DNA of 46,294 nt from Phormidesmis sp. (GTDB taxonomy: Bacteria > Cyanobacteriota > Cyanobacteriia > Phormidesmidales > Phormidesmidaceae): assembly GCA_041746795.1 (NCBI GenBank), contig JBGTGK010000097.1, positions 1-46,294 of the forward strand. Direction: 5' to 3'. The notes under the pieces were generated by a model, which saw nothing but the letters and a program-made list of their open reading frames with translations, was not told the origin of the DNA and did no database searches. This document shows, in pieces, positions 39,521 to 46,294 of the stretch (position 1 is the first letter of the stretch; every line of letters begins with the position of its first letter). Position numbers and translations under genes: made by a program.

Positions 39521-40090
39521 TCAGCGGGCAGTCACTTGGGCAGGCTTGCGCTTTTTCCATTGATGCTTGATTTGGGTCATTGCTTTGCCGATAGAATGGC
39601 CTAAAGAATCGCCGCCGCTGTTGCCCTGCATCAGATCAATCAAAATGCATCCCGTGCCTGCCAATAGGCCTGCGGTGCCGATGGTGAATAAAACTAGGGC
39701 AGCGGAGATGAGGCTATCGAAGGAGAGGAGCGATCGCAAGGCCAAAGCCAGCAGGCTGACGCTAAACACCAGCAGCACCACATGCAGCATCAGCATACCG
39801 ATGTGGCTCCATAGGTATTGAGTGTTAAGGCGCTGGCGATCGCTCCGCATCTTTTTGAGGCTTGCCTTAGCATTTGTTTTCTTCAGCGCTGCTGACGGCT
39901 CAGATGGGCTTTCAACCCCATGAGCAATGGCTTGGTAGCGCGCCCGTAGCTGATGCAGCTGCTGAGAGAGCATATTTTGCCTGAGCCAGGCTCCTCCTAG
40001 CAGCGTCGCTGACAAAAGCATCATCAGCACCGAGTTCAAAATTAGCAAAATTAGCTGGTTTGTTTGTTCGATAGTCATTTCGATAGTCAT
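39521..40090 (-). CDS. Hypothetical membrane protein (3 TM)
   Basis: 189-aa ORF with three hydrophobic segments and a basic loop. Confidence 0.65.
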   Translation of the reverse strand: MTIEMTIEQTNQLILLILNSVLMMLLSATLLGGAWLRQNMLSQQLHQLRARYQAIAHGVESPSEPSAALKKTNAKASLKKMRSDRQRLNTQYLWSHIGMLMLHVVLLVFSVSLLALALRSLLSFDSLISAALVLFTIGTAGLLAGTGCILIDLMQGNSGGDSLGHSIGKAMTQIKHQWKKRKPAQVTAR

Positions 40091-40247
40091 AGAGTTCGCT
40101 TGGTGACGGCTGCATACAAATAAATAGGCTGATTCAAATGTACTAAAAACAGGCTGTTAGTTCAAGTGGTTTGATACTGTAAGTTTGATAAAGACAGCGA
40201 CGCTTCGCCCATGCCTCTTCCTTTCGCCCCTCTCGTGTCCCCCTCTC

Positions 40248-41000
40248 ATGTCCTTAGACGCCAATCGACCTCGCATTCCCCTCTTTTTTGCTATAGGCCT
40301 TGGACTGAGTGTATTAATGGCCGCGCTAAAGGCGGTAGCCGCTGGTTTAGCTGAAGCCTACCTTTACTCCATACCTTGGGTAGGCGGCTTCCTACGTAGC
40401 ATTGAGCTAGCAGAAATTTCTAATTGGCTGGTGTTTGCCCTGCTGGGTAGCGGTATTGGCGCAGCGACTTTTTACCTGCCCGATCGATGGAATATCTGGG
40501 CCAAAATGGGCTTGCTGCTGGCGGTAAGTCCCTTTGTTTTTAGCGCTAGCTACATGATGCAGCAGCACCTGTGGATACAGAGAGTCGCGACCAGAGCAGA
40601 TATTTCCTACGATGAAGCCCACAATTTAACCATTGCCTTTTTGGAGCGAGAGGCTGGCAACGGTGGCTTCTTTGGGTTCTATCCTTTCAGCACTGAAGTC
40701 TCAGAACTGCCCACCCAGCGCCAGGATCTTGAGTCTGAGCAGCGGGGTAACCCCAATAAGATGTTGACCCAAGAGCTTTCTAGCTACAACGATCCTAAAG
40801 CTGACATCGTGGCCTATGTTTTCGAGCGGGTAGGATGGCTAATTCGATTTATGTACATGGCCCTTGCCACGCTGACCGGTCTGATTTATTACTTTAAGGG
40901 ACAAGAATGGGCTGACAACAGACGTCGCACCAGCCTTGAGGCCAATCCTGAGGCCAAAATTAAGCCCAAGCCCCCGCGAAAAAACAATCCCCCCCTCTAA
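40248..41000 (+). CDS. Hypothetical membrane protein
   Basis: Long ORF with about four hydrophobic segments. Start placed at ATG 40248 (the ORF track begins at 40185). Confidence 0.65.
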   Translation: MSLDANRPRIPLFFAIGLGLSVLMAALKAVAAGLAEAYLYSIPWVGGFLRSIELAEISNWLVFALLGSGIGAATFYLPDRWNIWAKMGLLLAVSPFVFSASYMMQQHLWIQRVATRADISYDEAHNLTIAFLEREAGNGGFFGFYPFSTEVSELPTQRQDLESEQRGNPNKMLTQELSSYNDPKADIVAYVFERVGWLIRFMYMALATLTGLIYYFKGQEWADNRRRTSLEANPEAKIKPKPPRKNNPPL

Positions 41001-41064
41001 TCTCTGTGCTCCCTTTGCTTAATGAGTGACGGATTAAATAAGTAATGGACGAAGCGATAGACCC

Positions 41065-41817
41065 GTGGTAAACCAGCCCAAAACGGTCTCAAAAACAGTT
41101 TCAGAGACCGTACCTACCCTTTCAGCGATCATTTTGGCGGGTGGGTACAGTCGTCGTATGGGTCGTGACAAGGCGCTGCTAACCCTGCCGAATGGTCAGA
41201 CACTGCTGTATCACACGGCTCAAGTTGTTCAGCAGCTTGCTTCAAACGTGGTGGTCGTCACGCCTTGGCCCGACCGCTACCAGTCGGCCCTACCGCCCAA
41301 TGTTCAGCTTGTAAAAGAATTGATACAGCCTGACCCATCTGCTAGTTCATCCACTGGGCCATCTGCTGGGCCGCTAAGTGGCTTCGCACAGGGGCTGAGG
41401 AACATCTCCTCAGAATGGTGTTTGCTGCTGGCCTGCGACATGCCCTACTTACAGAGTGTACCTTTGCAGAACTGGTGGGCTTGGCTAACGCCGCAGCTTC
41501 AGAGGCAAACGCTGGAGAGGCAAACACTGGTAGCTTCACTCGTCTCCAGCCCCGCTTCTAACGATAGGAAGCGCTGGGAGCCGCTCTGTGGCTTTTACCA
41601 TCGCAGTTGCCTGAGCGCACTTAGCCAATACTTAAGCGACCCACCGACTGCTGTCAAACTCCAACTTAAGAAGCCTTCTGGATCTCACTCAGGAATTTCC
41701 TTTCAGTCCTGGCTGAAAACCTTACCTGTTGCAGCCTATACAGACCTTCCTCCACAGCTTTTGTTTAACTGCAACACACCCGATGACTGGGTGAGTACTC
41801 AGCATTTTTTTGAATAA
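41065..41817 (+). CDS. mobA: Molybdenum cofactor guanylyltransferase
   Basis: ILAGGYSRRMGRDKALL, GPLSG, LLACDMP, WEPLCGFY, LFNCNTP. Confidence 0.92.
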   Translation: MVNQPKTVSKTVSETVPTLSAIILAGGYSRRMGRDKALLTLPNGQTLLYHTAQVVQQLASNVVVVTPWPDRYQSALPPNVQLVKELIQPDPSASSSTGPSAGPLSGFAQGLRNISSEWCLLLACDMPYLQSVPLQNWWAWLTPQLQRQTLERQTLVASLVSSPASNDRKRWEPLCGFYHRSCLSALSQYLSDPPTAVKLQLKKPSGSHSGISFQSWLKTLPVAAYTDLPPQLLFNCNTPDDWVSTQHFFE

Positions 41818-42054
41818 AACGGAATAAAACAAATGTTTCAAAATATGAGTTTTTTGATTAAAGTAGGTAACGATGTTAGCGACTAAAGATCGGTCAACCA
41901 ACCTATCTCTAGATGCCGAAGCCTTTACCTGTGGCACTTCTGTTAAATATTAAGCTGTGTAAGGATTTCCTCAGATTCCCCTGGATGAATGACCTAGCTC
42001 CTTTATGATGAGTGAATATTTGCAGCTGTTTACATGAGTGTTGGAGATTCAAGC

Positions 42055-42834
42055 GTGGCTCTTCCGTTATTGAATTACCCCCCTAAAAGCCAAAATCAGA
42101 GGGTTGAGGGGTTCATAGTCCAGGGCGACGATCAGCCCAGAATTTATAGCGCTGAGGCTCTCCTTGAGTACAGCGAAATGACGGAGCTGATCGAAGCTGC
42201 CTACCGTCAGATTTTCTTTTATGCCTTCAAGGCTGACCGCGAAGCGCCGCTGGAGTCTCAGCTGCGCAACAGCCAGATCACCGTTCGCGAGTTCATCCGG
42301 GGTCTGCTGCTCTCAGATACTTTTTTGAGCAACTACTACGCGAAGAATAGCAACTATCGCTTTGTAGAGCAGGTTATTCAGCGAGCGTTGGGCCGCGATC
42401 CTTACAACGAGCGCGAGAAAATTGCCTGGTCTATTAAAATTGGTACCAAGGGTGTCGCAGGCTTTGTTGACGAGTTGCTAGATAGCGACGAGTACATGGA
42501 GAACTTTGGCTACGATATCGTGCCTTACTATCGCCGTCGCATTCTGCCGGGTCGCGAAATTGGCCAGCGTCCTTTCGATATCAAGTCGCCTCGCTACGAC
42601 GAGTATTATCGCGGCATTTTGGGCTTTCCCCAAATCATTTGGCAGGATCAAGTTCGTGGATTCAAGCCTCAGGAAAAAAAGGCAACCGCTGGCAATCCTT
42701 CGCTTTACCTCGATATGGCTCGCAGCGTAAACCCTCGTCCGGCAACGACGCCTCGGGTGAACACGGCCACTATCAACATTGGCGCGGCTGTTCCTTTCCG
42801 TAAGCTAAACGTGCCGATAAACGGCAACAGCTAG
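42055..42834 (+). CDS. cpcG: Phycobilisome rod-core linker CpcG
   Basis: [41 protein letters not shown]. Hydrophilic C-terminus (not CpcL). Start GTG 42055 after GGAG. Confidence 0.93.
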   Translation: MALPLLNYPPKSQNQRVEGFIVQGDDQPRIYSAEALLEYSEMTELIEAAYRQIFFYAFKADREAPLESQLRNSQITVREFIRGLLLSDTFLSNYYAKNSNYRFVEQVIQRALGRDPYNEREKIAWSIKIGTKGVAGFVDELLDSDEYMENFGYDIVPYYRRRILPGREIGQRPFDIKSPRYDEYYRGILGFPQIIWQDQVRGFKPQEKKATAGNPSLYLDMARSVNPRPATTPRVNTATINIGAAVPFRKLNVPINGNS

Positions 42835-42876
42835 GCTCAGTAGCTAATATATTGTTCTTTCCTCAAAAGGTTATCT

Positions 42877-42908
42877 GTCGGGGTGGTTTTACCGCTCCGG
42901 CTTTTTTT
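42877..42908 (+). terminator. Intrinsic terminator after cpcG
   Basis: GTCGGGGTGGT-TTT-ACCGCTCCGGC followed by T7. Confidence 0.8.
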
Positions 42909-43090
42909 GGCTATGGCCTCTGTCGAGTTGACCTGTTCCGAGATTCCATAGACGAGATTCCATAGACGAGCAGAGCGCTCAGCGTCGGCCACAATCAGGT
43001 TGACGTTAGGATGTTTGAACAGTGGTCTGTCTTTCCTTTGAACTTTCTGCTGGTAGAAGCTTGATTGCTTGAAAGGGGTGCCTTGACTTG

Positions 43091-44038
43091 TCAGCTAGAG
43101 GGCGATCGCAATTTCCTCAGCAGCTTTTCTAAGTGGTCAGGTAGCGGTGCCTCCCTGCTGATGAGAGCTTGAGTAATGGGATGCCTGAGGGTGAGGCGAA
43201 AAGCGTGAAGCGCCTGCCCTGGAAGTTTGATGCTAGCTAACCTCACCGAACCATAGTCTGGATCGCCTACAATTGGATGCCCCATATAAGTGCTATGAAC
43301 CCTAATTTGGTGGGTGCGTCCTGTTTCTAGCTGAAACTGCATCAGCGTGTAGTTGCCCAGACGTTCGAGCGTTTTCCAATGCGTAATGGCCGCTCGTCCA
43401 CCGGCTTCTATAGGAACGATGCCCATTTTTTTGCGGTGCTTGGGATGACGCCCCACCGGCTGATTGATAGTGCCTTGCTCTGCTTTTGGCGCGCCGTTAA
43501 CGATGCCTAAATATTCGCGCCTAGCAGTTTTGTCCTGAATTTGGCGCTGCAAGCTGTGTAGGGCAATTTCTGTTTTGGCGACGACCATTACCCCAGTGGT
43601 GTTTTTATCTAGCCGGTGAACAATGCCAGGTCGCTGAACGCCGCCTACGCCCGTCAGCTGTTCTCCGCAGTGAAACAAAAGCGCATGAACTAAAGTACCT
43701 GTGCTGTGACCGGGCGCAGGATGAATGACCATACGAGCAGGTTTGTTGATCAGCAGGAGCTGATCGTCTTCGTACAAGATGTCGAGGGGAATATTTTCGG
43801 GCGTCAGCTCATAGGGGACGACTTCGGGAATGTTGATTTGGATGCGATCGCCCAACCCCACCAGCGCCTTCTTTTGCTCGCACCGCTGCCCGTTCACCTG
43901 CACGGCTCCTTGCGCAATCAGCCTTTGCGCTCGATTGCGCGATAGGTTCTCGATCGTTTGCGAAATCCAGCTATCTAGCCGGATCAAAATCGTACTCTCC
44001 ACCGTTCTTTCGAGCGTCTTTTCTATGGCCTGCCCCAA
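43091..44038 (-). CDS. RluA/RluD family pseudouridine synthase
   Basis: S4-like N-terminus, INKP, GIVHRLDKNTTG, LETGRTHQIRVH, QALHA. Confidence 0.94.
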   Translation of the reverse strand: MGQAIEKTLERTVESTILIRLDSWISQTIENLSRNRAQRLIAQGAVQVNGQRCEQKKALVGLGDRIQINIPEVVPYELTPENIPLDILYEDDQLLLINKPARMVIHPAPGHSTGTLVHALLFHCGEQLTGVGGVQRPGIVHRLDKNTTGVMVVAKTEIALHSLQRQIQDKTARREYLGIVNGAPKAEQGTINQPVGRHPKHRKKMGIVPIEAGGRAAITHWKTLERLGNYTLMQFQLETGRTHQIRVHSTYMGHPIVGDPDYGSVRLASIKLPGQALHAFRLTLRHPITQALISREAPLPDHLEKLLRKLRSPSS

Positions 44039-44053
44039 GTTATCTGCTCCGGC

Positions 44054-44962
44054 TTAGCTGTCTATCTTATTCTCCTCTATTTCGCTGAGTGGCAGACGTT
44101 GGATAGCAGACCAGTGCTCGCTATGTATAGGCGATGCGGGTGCGAGCTGCGCTTGCAGCTCAACGACTTTACCGACAATGGCGATCGCAGGCGCTTGGAA
44201 CTCACTCAGCTCAACCTTCTCAACAATATCGCCCAAAGTGCCAACCAATTCTTCCTGTTCAGGTCGGGTGCCCCATCGAATCAGCGCGATAGGCGTCTTT
44301 TCAGTAAGTCCAGCGCCGATGAGCGACTGGGTGATGTTCGGCAAATTATGCACGCCCATGTAAATCACGATGGTTTCTGAGGCTTGCGCGATCGCTCCCC
44401 AATTCACCTGTGGCCGGTACTTACCTGCCGACTCATGGCCCGTCACAAACGTCACCGAAGAACTATACCCCCGATGAGTCACCGGAATCCCTGCGTAAGC
44501 TGGAGCCGCAATGCCTGCCGTAATCCCCGGTACGACTTCTACCGAAACTCCCGCTGCCATCAGGTCAACCATTTCCTCCCCGCCTCGGCCAAATACAAAC
44601 GGGTCGCCCCCCTTTAGCCTGACCACAACTGCATGCTCATAGGCCTTTTCGTACAAGAGCTGCGTAATATCCACCTGGGACATAGAGTGTCTACCTCGCC
44701 GTTTACCCGCACGAATGCGCTCAGCGCGAGGATTAATTAGGGCCAAAATAGGCTCACTCACCAGCGCATCAAACACCACAACATCGGCGCACTCTATCAG
44801 CGTCTTCGCTTTTACGGTCAGCAGCCCTGGATCTCCCGGCCCGGCTCCCACCAGATAAACTTTTCCTGGCATCTTTCCTGGCACCTTTTCTGGCATCTCT
44901 AGAGACAATGCATCTGGCATAGAGTAATCAGCAAGCATAAACGGAGTCGGGGCTGGTGACAC
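44054..44962 (-). CDS. cobA: Uroporphyrinogen-III C-methyltransferase
   Basis: VYLVGAGPGDPGLLT, RLKGGDPFVFGRGGEE, VVPGITA, FVTGH. Start uncertain. Confidence 0.95.
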   Translation of the reverse strand: MSPAPTPFMLADYSMPDALSLEMPEKVPGKMPGKVYLVGAGPGDPGLLTVKAKTLIECADVVVFDALVSEPILALINPRAERIRAGKRRGRHSMSQVDITQLLYEKAYEHAVVVRLKGGDPFVFGRGGEEMVDLMAAGVSVEVVPGITAGIAAPAYAGIPVTHRGYSSSVTFVTGHESAGKYRPQVNWGAIAQASETIVIYMGVHNLPNITQSLIGAGLTEKTPIALIRWGTRPEQEELVGTLGDIVEKVELSEFQAPAIAIVGKVVELQAQLAPASPIHSEHWSAIQRLPLSEIEENKIDS

Positions 44963-45033
44963 AGAAAACTTAACCCTTATAAAAGGATAGCTGTTGCCAA
45001 CTACGATACGGTTCTATCAGGCTAAGCACGGCC

Positions 45034-45912
45034 CTAATGAATGAGTTCTACTGCCAAATCAGCAACTTCATTCGTCGCGCCTAGCGTCGGCAGCAGTCGA
45101 AAATTCACGCTAGGGAAACGCTCGGCGAGTTCTTCCGTGCGATGGACAATAGCATCCGTAATACCCCCTGCAAACAAAAAGTAAGGCAGGATAGTGAGCT
45201 TTTGGCAACCCTGCTGCATCAGGTCAATCACCTGCGTTTCGATATCTGGTGGCGTCGCCCAATACGCCACAGCTGTACCCAATCGCCCAGCTAAGCCCTT
45301 AATAGCCTGATTGCCCTTAGGCCTACGACTCCCGTGGGCAACTAAAAGCGAGCCCTCTGCACGGCCCTTTACACGACTATTCTCTATACCGGCCTCTATA
45401 CCAGCAGAGGCCAGCCGACTAGCGAGCACTGCGGTTATTTTGCTGTGGCTACCTAAATGCGGGCACAGCGTCAGCTTAAGCAAATCATCCTTCAGCAGCT
45501 CTCTGGCCGCGTCTACTTCGGCAGGAATATCCTTTATAACATGTACTCCCGGCATCAAAAACATCGGTAGCAGCTTAAGCTCGCTCACGCCTGCGGCTTT
45601 CAATCGAACCGCAAAGCGATAAATTTGCTCACTCAAAGAAAGGGGGGCTAGCTCCAGGCAAGCCGTTCCGACAATGACTTCCGAAGGCGTAGCGGCTGGA
45701 GCCTTCACATGAGGTCTTGTTAATAGAGTCACCTTCCCAGCGGAGCTTTGTTCGCGCTCAGCATTTGGTGAGAGAACAGGCTTTACTTCGCTGGCTGTCT
45801 CCAGATGCTTGCGCACTAAGTCGGCCAATCGATTCATGGCCTCTTGGGGGCGCGGGTCTCGGCTGCCGTGCGAAATTAGTAAATATGCAGTAGACGCAAC
45901 CACAGGTTTCAA
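45034..45912 (-). CDS. Sirohydrochlorin chelatase (SirB/CbiX family)
   Basis: Two HGSR motifs, PMFLMPGVHVIKDIP, PYFLFAG. Upstream of cobA. Confidence 0.9.
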   Translation of the reverse strand: MKPVVASTAYLLISHGSRDPRPQEAMNRLADLVRKHLETASEVKPVLSPNAEREQSSAGKVTLLTRPHVKAPAATPSEVIVGTACLELAPLSLSEQIYRFAVRLKAAGVSELKLLPMFLMPGVHVIKDIPAEVDAARELLKDDLLKLTLCPHLGSHSKITAVLASRLASAGIEAGIENSRVKGRAEGSLLVAHGSRRPKGNQAIKGLAGRLGTAVAYWATPPDIETQVIDLMQQGCQKLTILPYFLFAGGITDAIVHRTEELAERFPSVNFRLLPTLGATNEVADLAVELIH

Positions 45913-46218
45913 AAAGACACCTCTTTATTGAGAATGAAGTTTATTGAGAATGAAGGAATAGCGAACAGCCCTTTTCTATTGATAGCGAACTTGAAGCATT
46001 TTGAATAATTGATTTTTCATTGTCCAAGATTTAGTTAGTAAAAGGCTGTATCGGAAGTTGCAGTTTGTGCCCTACCCTAATTAATCCCAACGCAGGTTTG
46101 CCCTCAGCCGCTGTTTTATTTAGCCGGCGTAAAAAATTGGCAAAACTAGGCCGAAAGAACTGGCACCGAGTAAAAAAACGATGGTATACTTGGACTCCAG
46201 TTGCATACACATGCACAT

Positions 46219-46292
46219 GGCGAGCGTGGCCAAGTGGTTAAGGCAGTGGATTGTGATTCCACCATTCGCGGGTTCAAGTCCCGTCGTTCGCC
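46219..46292 (+). tRNA. trnH: tRNA-His (GTG), with encoded G-1
   Basis: G-GCGAGCG...TTGTGAT anticodon loop...GGTTCAAGTCC...CGTTCGC-C. Confidence 0.96.
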
Positions 46293-46294
46293 CT

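Larger units (their letters stand above)
1..46294. repeat. HIP1 octamer GCGATCGC dispersed through the window
   Basis: More than 30 copies by eye (e.g. 917, 2181, 7871, 22947, 23305), versus about one expected by chance. Confidence 0.95.

Noticed and set aside
41961-41986. AAGGATTTCCTCAGATTCCCCTGGAT upstream of cpcG as another copy of the motif
   Set aside because: Half-site spacing is off by one base and the matches are weak.
1026-46216. Numerous 60-140 aa antisense or overlapping ORFs in the track (e.g. 25065..25481, 26270..26659, 37328..37543, 46031..46216)
   Set aside because: They shadow well-supported genes or promoter regions and show no recognisable motifs.

Overview
Chromosomal window (about 46 kb) of a cyanobacterium. 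This is supported by ndhA-I-G-E, chlI, cpcG, rpoZ/ycf61, tRNAs without encoded CCA and abundant HIP1 GCGATCGC. A filamentous Phormidesmis/Leptolyngbya-like host is my inference. Most of the window is housekeeping, envelope and tetrapyrrole genes plus four tRNAs (Met-CAT, Ser-GCT, Pro-TGG, His-GTG). No transposase, integrase, CRISPR array or prophage is visible. The stand-out locus is about 21.8-23.45 kb. It holds two tandem paralogous winged-HTH genes of unknown family and five clusters of a 12-bp-period, doubly palindromic motif (GTCCT-N-AGGAC-N)n. These clusters cover the translation starts and promoters of both genes and the promoter of a convergent, structured, terminator-bounded candidate ncRNA. 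A sixth, near-perfect 43-bp copy lies 13 kb away upstream of sixA. The layout recalls centromere/operator arrays of single-protein partition or chromosome-anchoring systems (pSK1 Par, RacA), but function is untested. Also notable: two otherwise intact genes (a cytochrome P450 and a CHASE2-GGDEF protein) each broken by one in-frame stop explicable as C>T in a Gln codon, a second sRNA candidate between gltA and ndhA, an uncalled 29-aa membrane peptide ORF, a REP/MITE-like element and many short tandem duplications. All calls are by eye, without database searches.
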